A stretch of DNA of 63,536 nucleotides, the filler included, from Asterionella formosa (taxonomy: Eukaryota): the NCBI GenBank assembly GCA_002256025.1. It is 21 parts of 21 records of this genome, joined end to end, with 100 filler letters (N's around TTAATTAATTAA, not from the genome) between each part and the next. Parts side by side here need not be neighbours in the genome. Positions count along the whole stretch, not along the records: positions 12,154 to 15,097 come from NKIB01014637.1; positions 15,198 to 18,134 come from NKIB01014638.1; positions 18,235 to 21,169 come from NKIB01014639.1; positions 21,270 to 24,204 come from NKIB01014640.1; 17 more parts are not named here. The stretch is one strand, 5' to 3'. Under the pieces are notes generated by a model. It searched no databases. It worked only from the letters and a program-made list of their open reading frames with translations, and was not told the DNA's origin. This document shows, one piece after another, positions 12,777 to 24,304 of this stretch (position 1 is the stretch's first letter; each line of letters starts with the position of its first letter). The position numbers were made by a program, and so were the translations under genes.

Positions 12777-14933
12777 TCATTTAGTAGTTTTGTTCAGTTC
12801 AAGTGGTGCAGACGGTACATTTACAATAGCAGTCACACTGATATCTTTCTTACAAACTTGCCTTTTGTCTTCATTGTCGGAAATGTATTTAGCAACCTTT
12901 GTTGCAACCACACCATCTAGCATAGCCTTAATCTCCATCTTTCTTGATTTCCATGATTTGCGACAAAAGTAGCAATGTAAGACCCATAAATCGTCTCTTC
13001 GCATGTGCCATTCCTTGGCTGGTCTGTAATCCACCCAGTAGTTCGTATGTAGAGGACGAGGATGAGATGACCCCCTGTAGACTTTCGGAGCAGCAGAAAC
13101 AGAGCTGGCTTTCACTTGAGGTACCATTCCGTCTCCAGGTGCATAGTAGGGATGCAGGGAGACAGTCGGCAGCCATGTAAGCTTGAATACTTTCGCTGGC
13201 GATTCCTCGGCGGGATGCTCACTCAGATGAGGGGACTTCATATTTTGCACAGGGTAAGAACAGATTGACAACTTTGTACTTTCCAGTACAAGGTCTGACA
13301 TTGCATTTACAATAGCAGTCACACTGATATCTTTCTTACAAACTTGCCTTTTGTCTTCATTGTCGGAAATGTATTTAGCAACCTTTGTTGCAACCACACC
13401 ATCTAGCATAGCCTTAATCTCCATCTTTCTTGATTTCCATGATTTGCGACAAAAGTAGCAATGTAAGACCCATAAATCGTCTCTTCGCATGTGCCATTCC
13501 TTGGCTGGTCTGTAATCCACCCAGTAGTTCGTATGGAGAGGACGAGGATGAGATGACCCCCTGTAGACTTTCGGAGCAGCAGAAACAGAGCTTGCTTTCA
13601 CTTGAGGTACCATTCCGTCTCCAGGTGCATAGTAGGGATGCAGGGAGACAGTCGGCAGCCAAGTAAGCTTGAATACTTTCGCTGGCGATCCTTCGGCGGT
13701 ATGCTCACTGAGACGAGGGGACTTCATAGTTTGTACAGCAGGGTAAGGACAAATTGACGACTTTGTACTTTTCAGCACAAACTCTGGCATCGCATTTACA
13801 ATAGCAGTCACACTGGCATCCTTCATACAAACTTGTGTTTTGCTTTCTTTGTCGGAAATGTATTCAGCAACCTTTGTATCCGCTAAATTCACCCCCAACA
13901 TGAGCAACACTTCAACTTTCGCCCCCAACCTGGCCCTCGACACATATGCAAACAAGTATGACAAGAACGAAGCCCTTGACAAGACGAACACATACACAAG
14001 CACATACACAAGCACAAGCACCAACAACGTGGTCCCCGACACATATGCAAACAAGTATGACAAGAACGAAGCCCCCGACAAGATGAACACAAACAAATAC
14101 CCAAGCACTTGCACCAATAACGTGGCCCTCGACACAGATGCAAACAAGTACGACAAGAACGAAGCCCTTGACAAGACGAACACAAACAAATACCCAAGCA
14201 CTTGCACCAACAACGTGGTCCCCGACACGTCCCCCAACACTTTTGCCAACCCATCCTGTGACGCATCCAGTATGTCCGTCAATGATGGTGTTGGAAAGAA
14301 CAAGATCAACTTGTCATACTGATAGTAGTTAATTGGTAACCACCAATCCAAGTTACCGGTACTCCATGTACTGTTAAAAGCAACACATTTGATGCAATCG
14401 TGGACTCGAAGGAACATGAGCCACTTGTCATAGGCATACCGGTAGGCATAGTAGTCAAATGCATGCTCATCCCAGACATGGAGTCGTTCACTTGGTTGGT
14501 TGGTTGTTGCTGCTGCTGTCTTGATAATGCTCCTGGTAGCAGGTGGAGCACTAATAAGCAGCAACTCTGTTCCACTTGTCTTCCAGCTGAAATTCTCGGA
14601 AAGTATAATGGATTCAATGGGCGTTGCACTTCTGCACTCATGCACCCATTGCATGCCAAGCCTCTCTGCAAAGTCTTGTTGAAAAGCCACATTTTGTTCC
14701 CCGAACTTGGAGTTCGAGTAGGCATACCGTGGCGAAGACAACATTGACTTTCCTAGAAAGGACAAGGCGAAAAGTAAAAGTAAATGTAGATTCATTTTAT
14801 TCGTTTCTGTTGAGCACGGAAACAGAAACAGAAACGGAAACGGAAACGCAAAGACATGGAACGACAATGGAAGAAGTGGCTGGTGTGAGCAAGCGAAATG
14901 GAATTGGAAGTGCAGTTTACTTCTCCTTCCCAT
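12777..14933 (-). CDS. Hypothetical membrane protein with 28-aa hydrophobic repeats and a 162-aa tandem duplication
   Basis: Uninterrupted 718-codon ORF. An alternative start, MNLHLLLLFALSFLG, looks like a signal peptide. About 3 copies of SGTTLLVQVLGYLFVFVLSRASFLSYLFA (84-bp unit) and a 486-bp near-identical duplication. Confidence 0.55.
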   Translation of the reverse strand: MGRRSKLHFQFHFACSHQPLLPLSFHVFAFPFPFLFLFPCSTETNKMNLHLLLLFALSFLGKSMLSSPRYAYSNSKFGEQNVAFQQDFAERLGMQWVHECRSATPIESIILSENFSWKTSGTELLLISAPPATRSIIKTAAATTNQPSERLHVWDEHAFDYYAYRYAYDKWLMFLRVHDCIKCVAFNSTWSTGNLDWWLPINYYQYDKLILFFPTPSLTDILDASQDGLAKVLGDVSGTTLLVQVLGYLFVFVLSRASFLSYLFASVSRATLLVQVLGYLFVFILSGASFLSYLFAYVSGTTLLVLVLVYVLVYVFVLSRASFLSYLFAYVSRARLGAKVEVLLMLGVNLADTKVAEYISDKESKTQVCMKDASVTAIVNAMPEFVLKSTKSSICPYPAVQTMKSPRLSEHTAEGSPAKVFKLTWLPTVSLHPYYAPGDGMVPQVKASSVSAAPKVYRGSSHPRPLHTNYWVDYRPAKEWHMRRDDLWVLHCYFCRKSWKSRKMEIKAMLDGVVATKVAKYISDNEDKRQVCKKDISVTAIVNAMSDLVLESTKLSICSYPVQNMKSPHLSEHPAEESPAKVFKLTWLPTVSLHPYYAPGDGMVPQVKASSVSAAPKVYRGSSHPRPLHTNYWVDYRPAKEWHMRRDDLWVLHCYFCRKSWKSRKMEIKAMLDGVVATKVAKYISDNEDKRQVCKKDISVTAIVNVPSAPLELNKTTK

Positions 14934-15197
14934 GGTGATGGAAGCAGAGGAGTCGAAAGGAACGAACGATCACGAACGAGCCGAGCCGAGCCGAGCCGAG
15001 CAATTCAATTGACGTGACGAAAACTTACATTATTTGTTTGGCATAAAACACAGTTCGTCGTATTCTATGAGCAAAGCCGTGGCAAAGCAAAAATTGANNN
15101 NNNNNNNNNNNNNNNNNNNNNNNNNNNNNNNNNNNNNNNNNTTAATTAATTAANNNNNNNNNNNNNNNNNNNNNNNNNNNNNNNNNNNNNNNNNNNN

Positions 15198-17738
15198 CTG
15201 GCTGCTACCTCCATTTTCCTACTTTTGCCCTTCCGGTTGAAGACTCCTCTGATTGTCTCCTTCCTTTTCTCCCTGCCCCATTAGCCTCCTCTTTCTTGTG
15301 TGTCTACTGATTACACTCTTGATTCCACTTGTGCTATTGCAGACCCCTTTCCTACTACTATTGTGTATGATAATGGACTCCACCTGCGCCTGTACACCAA
15401 TCCTACCACCTCTGCATCCGAAGCCTACCCTCCTGGTAGTGTTGTCTTTGTCCGCCTCAATTCTGCTGGTGATATCTCTGAGGGTATTGTCAATTCTGTC
15501 CCCACCTCCATACATGACTTTCATCTCATTGACCTCCTTGAGGGGGGCTCTCTTTCTGCCGCATTTGGCTACCTTATCTCCCCTGATGAGGCCCTTAATC
15601 CTGCCTTTTCCCATCTTCCTACTGATGATTCCAGTGGGGATCCACTTGCCCCCCTCCTCCCTCCTTGGATGGTTGTTGGTACCAAACTGATCCTTGCCCT
15701 TGATGGTACCTTTATCCGCGGTTCCTTGGATCTTGATGACGACCTTGACTGGCTCTTTGTCCGCCGCAATTCTGCTGGCCAAATCATCCACCAGACTAGC
15801 TTAGTTGATCTCCCTTACACCTGGCGGCAACGCCTCCATGAAGAGACACTCTTCGTTGGCTGGACTTGACCGTGCCCTCCTCCCCACTTCCCCTGATCGT
15901 CTCATATGGCTGGCCTCTTATCAGGAGGAATACGACTCTTTAGTCGCTCAGGATACCTTTCATTTAATTGATGCCTCTCAGTTATCACTCCTTGGGTGCA
16001 CCGTCATTCCCTCCATGACTGTTCTCACCATCAAATGTGATGAACTTGGTCACCCAGTCCGTGCCAAATCTCGCATTGTGGTCCTCGGCAACTTGGAAAC
16101 CACCTACTGGTCCAAGTCTGACACTTATGCCCCTGTTTTAGGCCAACTCTCCCTCCGCCTCCTGGTCTCTCTTACCGTTGAGCGCCGCCGCCTTTTAAAA
16201 CAGGGCGACTGCAAGAAAGCCTTTGCCATCCTGTTCTACCCCCTCTGACGAGGTGGTTGTCATTAAACCCCCTCATGGTCGCCCCATTTCCAAGCCTGGT
16301 ACCTACTGGCGCCTCCATAAAACTCTCTATAGTCTCCGTCGGAGCCCTTGCCATTGGTTCACTTGTTTTCGGGACGTTCTCCTGTCCCTGGGCTTATCCC
16401 AGTGCCCTCATGAACCCTGCATTTTCTTTGGTTCTCCTATGCTTAGTTCCCCTCCCCTTTATGTGGGCATATATGTGGACGACTTTGCCTAATTCTCTGT
16501 TAGTGATGAGGTTGCGCAGTGGTTTGAGGCCGCTGTGGCGGCTTGTCTTTGGGTTGACTTCATGGGTCCCATCTCATGGTTCCTTGGTATCTACTTTGCC
16601 TGGCAACCCAACACCTCCACTGGTCACCTCAGTGTTCATTTATCCCGGGAGGCTTACCTTCGCAATCTCCTTGATCGGTTTGATATGGTGGATTGTCGCC
16701 ATGCCCCTACCCCTTTATTGCTCTGGCCTGGTCTATGACCGCATTGTGCCTGATGGTGCTGAACTTTCTCCCAAAGCTTGCGCGGCCATGCATTATTACA
16801 CAATACCAGTCACTCATTGGGGCTCTCAATTGGCTGGCTTTCAGCACACGTCCTGATGTCTCCTCTGTTGCCCTCACTCTCCTGGATCAGCACAACTCCT
16901 ATGCCACCCCCGCTTACCTTTTAGGTGCCAAGTATGTGTTACAATACCTGGCTGGTTCTGCCAATCATGGCATCGCCTTTACCTCGCAATTTGCTTCCTC
17001 ATACCTCTCCACCACCATGGGTGGACCCAAGGACACTCCCACTCTCATCACTTACACCCATGCCAACTGGGGCCCCCAAGATGCTTCCAAACCCAACCCC
17101 ACCAACATCATCTCTCTTGCCAAGTGTTGCTCCCTTCTTGGTTTCATCAGTACACGTACAGGTGGCCCCATTGCCTGGCATGTCATTTGTGAACCTCGGG
17201 TGAGCCAATGTACCTGCGAATCTGAAATCAAATCTGCAGATGAGGGCACCAAGGTTACCCAATTCATCCGCCATCTCCTTAGTGACCTCCACATGCCTGG
17301 TGTCACTCTCCCCACCCCTCTTTGGAATGATAACAGAGGTGCTGTGGACTGGTCCCACAACTGTGCTAACAAAAAGATGCGCATATTAATATCCGCAACA
17401 TGGCTGTGCGTGATGCTCACTGGTTTTCCGAAATCTTTGTCATCCACCTCCCAGGGGATACCAATGTTGCTGATCTGTTCACCAAAGAACATAAAGACGA
17501 TGCCCATTTTCTCCGCCTTCGCAATATTATTGTCCCATCTCATGGGAATTTTCTCACTTGATGGGGGTGTTGGTACCATATACTCGTTACTCCTTATATC
17601 CTACCAAGATTCCTGTAAGTGCTTAATTCCCATGAGTACTGGTCCCTCTACAGCTAGTTAAATACTAATTTAGAATCTCAGTTCCTTGTTAATGTAGCTG
17701 CTGCTGGCACCCGTTGCAAGCGTTTCTCCCTCTCAACA
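15198..17738 (+). mobile_element. Degenerate Ty1/copia retrotransposon, 3' half (RT, RNase H, PPT, 3' LTR)
   Basis: RT motifs RAKSRIVVLGN, TYAPV, LKQGDCKKAF, LHKTLYSLRRSP.HW, YVGIYVDDF. RNase H motifs YT.ANWG, GPIAW, ESEIKS, NDNRGA, NVADLFTK. Many stops and frameshifts. Confidence 0.93.
17568..17738 (+). repeat. 3' LTR (171 bp)
   Basis: Follows the purine tract GATGGGGG and has TGTTG...CAACA termini. Confidence 0.75.
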
Positions 17739-17792
17739 CACACAGTATCTACATTGTAGAATACGATATCGACAACCGGTACCGGTACCTGG

Positions 17793-17960
17793 TGAAGTAT
17801 CTAACTAGAAGTAGTAGTATTTGTTGAATACATGAGCTTATTTGTTAATCCTTGTGTGTAACTCATTCTCTAAGTCGACACCAAAGTATACAATGAGGGT
17901 TAGTCAAGTTCTCTCATTATTGAGTTCTGATACATATATGATATAACACTAACCCCATGT
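17793..17960 (-). repeat. LTR-like fragment of the gypsy family at 49221-51456
   Basis: TGAAGTATCTAACTAGAAGTAGTAGTATTTGTTGAATA is the reverse complement of 49351-49388. Homology ends at the ...TCA terminus. Confidence 0.7.
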
Positions 17961-18236
17961 TCCTGGTGAAAATACACAATGTACTATAAATAGTAGCTCG
18001 AACTGCATATGATGCAGCAAACTGGTATCCACAATAATTCTGAACTTGAAATTCCTTGATTGGAGGATGAGCCTTTAACATAACTCGTACATAGACTGTT
18101 ACTGATGGTTTGATGTAAACTATGATGATTTACTNNNNNNNNNNNNNNNNNNNNNNNNNNNNNNNNNNNNNNNNNNNNTTAATTAATTAANNNNNNNNNN
18201 NNNNNNNNNNNNNNNNNNNNNNNNNNNNNNNNNNGT

Positions 18237-20069
18237 GGCGCTGCCGCAAAGCCAGTCCCTGTCAAGTCTTGCTTCGGAGGTCTAACCATGTATAGAGCAA
18301 GCAAGTGGCTTGACCAACGCTGCTCATACAAGAACCAAAAACCTGGTATCAACGCAAAGTACGCCAACCGTTTCGACAATGCCCCTTGCGAGCACGTTGT
18401 TTTCCACAACTGCCTCCAAGAGGTCGATCCTAAGGTCGTTGTTGCGGTTCAACCAGATATGCATACTCTATGGCGAACTTCAGCCGGTCCTCAGTATGCA
18501 CTATCCAATTATTCCGATATTGCCGCTGATTTCCTCCGTGAGCGCCTCAAGCTCGTACCATCAAGTGCTCACGATTTCCGTCACTTGCAAGTTGCAATTG
18601 AAAGCGCATCATTGATCGACGCAACTAGCAATAACTCTACCAACTCAACTAGATTTATGGTCGCTTCCATGCTTGAAGTTGTTCAAGAAATATTCAACGT
18701 ACATTGTCCCGACTGCACTGAAATCCCACCGGAGAGGCGTTTGGCTGGAACGAACGAGTTGATCCGCTTCCTCTACGAAGGACCGGTTGATTGCGTCAAT
18801 ACTACGGCAAACTGCACTACCGGTACCCGATCCATCGCGGAAATCATTAAATTTGAATTTGTTTTTGCAAACAATAGTAGCATTGGGAACGGAACAAACA
18901 CGACAACTGGATCTGCTCGAGACCTTGAGTACGGTAAAACATCTGAGCTAGATTTTCATGAGCTCACTGTCAGTAGCAACGCGGCAGAAACGAACATGAA
19001 TCAGCTTGGTAAAACATCTGAGTTAGATCTTGATATTCTCACTGTAAGCAGTGACGCGGCTGAGACGAACAGGAATCTTAAGCTTGATTTCTTCATTGCC
19101 GGATTTCCAAAGTGCGGAACCACTTCCTTGCTTTTCGCTTTCAATAGCAACTCAGAAACAGCCGTAGGGGAGAACGAGCATTGCTCGATTGCAAGCGATG
19201 GCCTTTCGGATGAAGCGGCATTGGAACATTTAGACCACGAGCTTTCTCAGCTAACCCAAGACTCGTCTGTCAAGCGTGGACTGAAATGCCCTCTCGGAAT
19301 CTCCAATTATAATGCCCTTCACCGCCTTACACAACATTCTCCGGAGACAAAGCTACTTATTGGATTACGTCACCCTGTCGAGTATTTCCAATCTTACTAC
19401 AACTACCGAATTACTGAGATGTACGACAAAAACCTTCCGCTTGACGAAATACCTGCAATTGAATCTCTTGTTGGGCAAAATGAATGGAAAGGAGTATCCA
19501 CTGATACCGCACGCTTCGAGCTATACTTGACGCAACTTAGCAAAACCGACGTTTCTGCTGCAGAAATCATTGAAATATCAGAACGGCCAAACTTGGCTTT
19601 CAAGACAAACAAGTTCAAGGTATTTCTGTACACGCTTGCCCAAATGGAAGACGAGACCGAAGAACGAAAATCTAAGTTCAATTATCAGATGAGCAGCTTT
19701 CTCAGTCTTGAAAAACCATTGGAAATGGAACATCGCAACAAAAATAATTTTGTTGGAGACCACGCATATAAGGAAACGGTGGATATCTGTGAATCCAAAT
19801 ATGACGGTCTAAGAGCATTGCTCATCGAGCAAGGAAAGTACACGCAAAAGTGGATTCGGGAGGAGTTTATCCGAAGTCCCGATGTATTCATTGCCAATGA
19901 GGACCATTTCTTAGCTATAATTGATACATGGAACAATGATCCTTGCCACAACGACATAGTTGGCGACAACAACAGCATTGGTGCTGGAAATTGGACCGGA
20001 CGATTATGGCTGTTTATCACGGAACTCATCATGTATCTCATAACCATGATTGATTCCATTTTCCGTTAG
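18237..20069 (+). CDS. 5'-truncated glycosyltransferase-like / PAPS-dependent sulfotransferase fusion protein
   Basis: The frame is open from the contig edge. PVKSCFGGLTMYR...C.Y...CEHVVFH resembles a GT-A/CAP59-like C-terminal motif. It is followed by LDFFIAGFPKCGTTSL (5'-PSB loop), IGLRHPVEYFQSYYNY (3'-PB) and a hydrophobic C-terminal tail. A 25-aa internal duplication (GKTSELD...AAETN) lies in the linker. Confidence 0.8.
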   Translation, partial: GAAAKPVPVKSCFGGLTMYRASKWLDQRCSYKNQKPGINAKYANRFDNAPCEHVVFHNCLQEVDPKVVVAVQPDMHTLWRTSAGPQYALSNYSDIAADFLRERLKLVPSSAHDFRHLQVAIESASLIDATSNNSTNSTRFMVASMLEVVQEIFNVHCPDCTEIPPERRLAGTNELIRFLYEGPVDCVNTTANCTTGTRSIAEIIKFEFVFANNSSIGNGTNTTTGSARDLEYGKTSELDFHELTVSSNAAETNMNQLGKTSELDLDILTVSSDAAETNRNLKLDFFIAGFPKCGTTSLLFAFNSNSETAVGENEHCSIASDGLSDEAALEHLDHELSQLTQDSSVKRGLKCPLGISNYNALHRLTQHSPETKLLIGLRHPVEYFQSYYNYRITEMYDKNLPLDEIPAIESLVGQNEWKGVSTDTARFELYLTQLSKTDVSAAEIIEISERPNLAFKTNKFKVFLYTLAQMEDETEERKSKFNYQMSSFLSLEKPLEMEHRNKNNFVGDHAYKETVDICESKYDGLRALLIEQGKYTQKWIREEFIRSPDVFIANEDHFLAIIDTWNNDPCHNDIVGDNNSIGAGNWTGRLWLFITELIMYLITMIDSIFR

Positions 20070-21269
20070 GAGAAAATACCATTTGGATAAATAGCAGCAG
20101 CAAGCAGCAAGCAGCAAGCAGCAGACACAATTTACTCATTCTGGAGCGAAGTGTATAAATTGAAATTGGTCCTTGCAGAAAAGAAAGGATTTAGATGAAG
20201 GAAAAAGGTAAAGGAACGTTCATTTACACTTGATGGAATGGACTGCACAAGGGCTGTCAGGTAAAAACAACAACAACGAGTTGCTACTTCTGGAGTCAGG
20301 TAGAGAGGAGAAAAATCGAGTCTGGTCATTTGAGAGGGGTTTTTTAATTCAGAGAATGTTCGTATACGTGCACTTGACGGAATATACTTTAGTGCACAAC
20401 GAATGTCAAGGGGTGCCAAGTGATTTCGAGATGCAATTATTATTTGTTTCGGATTGTGAAGTATGCGCAGAAAAGAGGATACCGATGACTCATTCATTTG
20501 AGCAATGAATTCAATAATTTTATGTTGTGTGAAAAAATATGTGTAACTTTATGCAATAAATAAAATAAAATAGGACCGTTTAATTTAATCATCAATCAGT
20601 TAAGCTAGTCTATGCTCCATCATCTTGCTGCTGTTCATCAAGCATATCAGCTGCAGTTCATAGAGCGGATTGAAGGTGTAGATGTAATCGGGATTGTAGA
20701 TATGGACACTCAATGTCGTCGAGCAGCAAAGTGCTGTGGATATGCATGTTTTGCCCAAGAACCGGGTTCCACAGTTGAAATAAATCTGGGGTGGAACATC
20801 AAATCGACGAGACAACAGGACATGAGTAAGATTGGATTGGAGGCGATGGATATTTGTGAAATTGTCTCGCTTGTGTTTAACTTTTACGTACGGAGAGCCA
20901 GAAGTTTGAGATTATTGTGGGGAGATTGGGCAGGTTTTACCAAGGCGTGGCTTCCCATTATTTGGCATCTACGGGTCGTCTTGGTCACTTTGTTCATAGG
21001 GTCCCTTGCTCAGTATCAATACCAACTAACTGAAGACCCTGAATTTCTTTCTTGTGCTCTGCATCTGTAGCGAGCCGATCGAGGAATGCATTGTGACCCC
21101 TTCCGCAAAACCAGAGTCCCAGGTTAAATATCGCAACCAATCCCGTAACATATCCAGCACCTTCATAGANNNNNNNNNNNNNNNNNNNNNNNNNNNNNNN
21201 NNNNNNNNNNNNNTTAATTAATTAANNNNNNNNNNNNNNNNNNNNNNNNNNNNNNNNNNNNNNNNNNNN

Positions 21270-23551
21270 GCGTTGAAGAGGATTCTTGAGTTGGGGCAGA
21301 TGTCAGGAAAGCAGTAGGCACATCTTGCAAAGTATTTTTCGTCACGGGTGAGGTCGGTTCTGTTGATGGACGAATGGATGGAGTGCTCAAGGGAATTGAC
21401 GGATTGTGTGTTGAAGACGTTTCCTGAGTTGGCGTAGATGTCGGAGAAATTGTACGCACATCAACAAAAGTATTGTTCGACACGAAGGAGGTTGGACCTG
21501 CTGTTAGACCAACGGATGGCGTGCTAAAGGGGGTTGCTGATGGTCTAAATGTTGAAGAGCTTTCCTGAGTTGGGGTAGCTGTCGGGAAAGGTGTAGGTAT
21601 ATCTACCAGAGCACTTGTCGATACGAGGGAGGTCGGATGAGCTGTTGGACCAACAGATGGTGCATTGAAGGGAAAAATTGATGGTCTGCGAGCAGGAGCA
21701 AGCAAAGGTAGACTGCTTGGGAAAGTTAGATTCTGTGTTGTTCTCATTAGTGGAGGTTTAGCTGGAGCAGTGGTAACTGGGTCACAGACGCATCCACAAT
21801 TGAGGAGAGTGATGTCAAACCTAGCTCTATCCTCAGCATTCTCATCTTCGGCAAGTACGAAAAAATCTGTGCTGATGCCGTCCAAAAATTGCAAATAAAA
21901 CTCATCACTTTTAATGAAATCATCGTCCATATTTATCGTCAAGGTCTCGGCCTCATCGCAACCCGGAGAGAACAGCGCGGCAAATGGAGGTACCAATGGG
22001 ACCAAGCAAGAAGTATGTATGGCTGCTGAGTGGAGCGTGTCGTCCTTGTTATCTGCAATAAAATAGATCTTTGTATTATTTGACATTTGCTGGCCATAGA
22101 GGAATCGCTGAACAAGTTCATTCCAAACACCAAAGCATAGCTCATCGCCGGGAACCACTGCCGCACTTTGTGACATCGATGAACAGGCGATATCATTGTA
22201 TGGATCAAGCAGGCAGTTATCGTCACATGCGACGAAACGAATGTCTCTGGTTTCCACACGCTCGTCTAAAGTTTGCGAGGATTTTTTGGAAATATTTTCG
22301 TTGTTGCCCGTACGCGGTTTGCAATTCTTATGAGGCAGAGGCATCAACGCCTTATTGAAATAGACATTGCCCCTAGAAGCACCTCGAAATCTCATTTTGA
22401 GGAAAGAAGCTCCCCCTTTACAGCATTGGATGTTGGGACGTTCTATTGGGCACGATGACAAGGTCACCTCTCCATCACTTGAAACCGAGGTGGCATCGAC
22501 AAACCCTAAAAGGTCGATATCGCTGGCATTAATCAACGAGAGGTTGACAAGAAAATCATTTGCATTCTCACAAACGCCGAGACGGACCCCGAAAGGTTGA
22601 AAAATGGGTTTGGTGCACGAAGTGCGAATTGTAGTCGAGACAACCTCGTCAATGAAATGTCCCGTGGCTCGAAAGAGCACAAGGTCAGTAGGGAGCGATT
22701 TTTCTGGTGCAATGGTGTTGTTCCCGCCATGAAAGCTGACCAAGCAAATCTCGTCGCCAGGCTGGACAATGATGCGTGTATGTAGATCAATCGGATTGCA
22801 CAATGGGTTTGAAATGGGAAAGCAATGTGTGCATGTAGCAAACCTGACTCGTGAAAATGCATCCGTCGAACTGCCGTGACGTATACTAACTTGCGTTTCT
22901 CGGTCTTCGCATGGGTCGACTTGCCAATAGATGTCAAGGTCCGGATCTTTGTCCAAGAAGAATTCACTGGGCTGAGTAGCGCGATATCGCAACTTCAAGG
23001 AGGAAAGTCCACCAATGCTGCAACAAGGAGGGATTCCTGTAGATTCTGACGCCTCGGCTTTCATCTCATCACATGATGCCATGCATCCCGCCGGTTTGGA
23101 ACGAATTTCCCCCTCAACGATTACGCTACCCACAATGGAACTTTGGTCTAGATGGTTGCTTTGGCTGCCTCTGCTCTTCGAATCCTGTTTCAGAATCGAA
23201 ACGAGTCTATAAAATGAGAGTGACTATTATCGTGAAACCAGCATCGGAAATAACCGAAATTGGAACTTACAGTTCTTCCATAACTCATGGCGAATGATTG
23301 CGAGGGCGAGGAAGTGGTCGAGAATGGACCTGTTGGAAATCTCTTGTTCTTGGTAGATCGCTTATGAATAGAGAAAAACAGAGAGAATACATTGTCATGT
23401 GTTGTTAGGACGACAAAAATGTTGTTGTTGCTTCCATTCTGAAGAACAAACGTACCAATGCTAATTTCTTCGAAGCCCGCTTTGACGATGCTGTAGATAC
23501 AGTTACCATCATAGACACCACAGCAACGACCATGACGTAGTGAGGGCGCAT
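21270..23551 (-). CDS. Secreted Cys-rich protein with two (H/R)TSC..P domains (DUF7467-like) and Pro/Thr/Ser mucin-like repeats, 3'-truncated
   Basis: Phase-consistent spliced model join(23551-23456, 23360-23271, 23184-<21270) with GT..AG introns. The N-terminus MRPHYVMVVAVVSMMVTVSTA looks like a signal peptide. Two CC.GG.S.LK...TSC..P domains and TPSVGPT..PTS repeats. Confidence 0.75.
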
Positions 23552-24304
23552 TGCAGATGACTATGGATTCCTTTATATGGGATCAAATGCAGCAACTGCA
23601 ATTAATTTGATGCGCCGCTGCTACTTCGGCGACATGTGAAAAAGTGATCTCTCTGCTGGAATGGAAGCAATTTTTCATGGTCGTTTTATCTTGTTATCGC
23701 GTCCTCATAGTAGATTCGACCGACAGCATGCAAGCATGCAGATCATGTCGTCATTGACATCACAGTTGCTGGTGTGATGCACAGCATGATGACTGGGAAA
23801 CAAAGGAAAATTAAGGTGCGAATAATGATTTTCGACCATTATCTATATTCGACGTGCTTACGATATGTATACTGTACCTGGTACCAGGTCGCTCAACAAG
23901 ATGAGAAATATATTCTTCCTAAAACCAGTGCTATATATAGTACAGTATAATCAGGATCGAATGCTTTCTGAATTGGGATCAAACCCAAGTAATCTTCATA
24001 CGAGCGAAGCAAGGGGAATAATGATAAATAGAGTGGGCAGTACCAGGTACCGGTATACGGACTCGAATAATGTACATTGTTGAAATGGTCCGTACTCCTT
24101 CCCGCGGGTTGGGTCTCTCTTCACGTAGACTCTTACGTGATCGTAGTACTACCTAGTACCACTCACTTTCTCTCTTGTCTCTGCTTCTAGCCTTCCTGCT
24201 AGATNNNNNNNNNNNNNNNNNNNNNNNNNNNNNNNNNNNNNNNNNNNNTTAATTAATTAANNNNNNNNNNNNNNNNNNNNNNNNNNNNNNNNNNNNNNNN
24301 NNNN

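Noticed and set aside
12591..12972. Poly-Cys and poly-Val ORFs on the + strand
   Set aside because: Translations of the (GTT)n microsatellite and of the antisense strand of the 718-aa ORF.
13889..14266. Cys-rich metallothionein/keratin-like ORF
   Set aside because: An alternative frame of the 84-bp repeat inside the long ORF, with no independent support.
24078..24204. Possible LTR start (TGTTGA...) at a contig end
   Set aside because: No second copy or internal domain in the window to confirm it.
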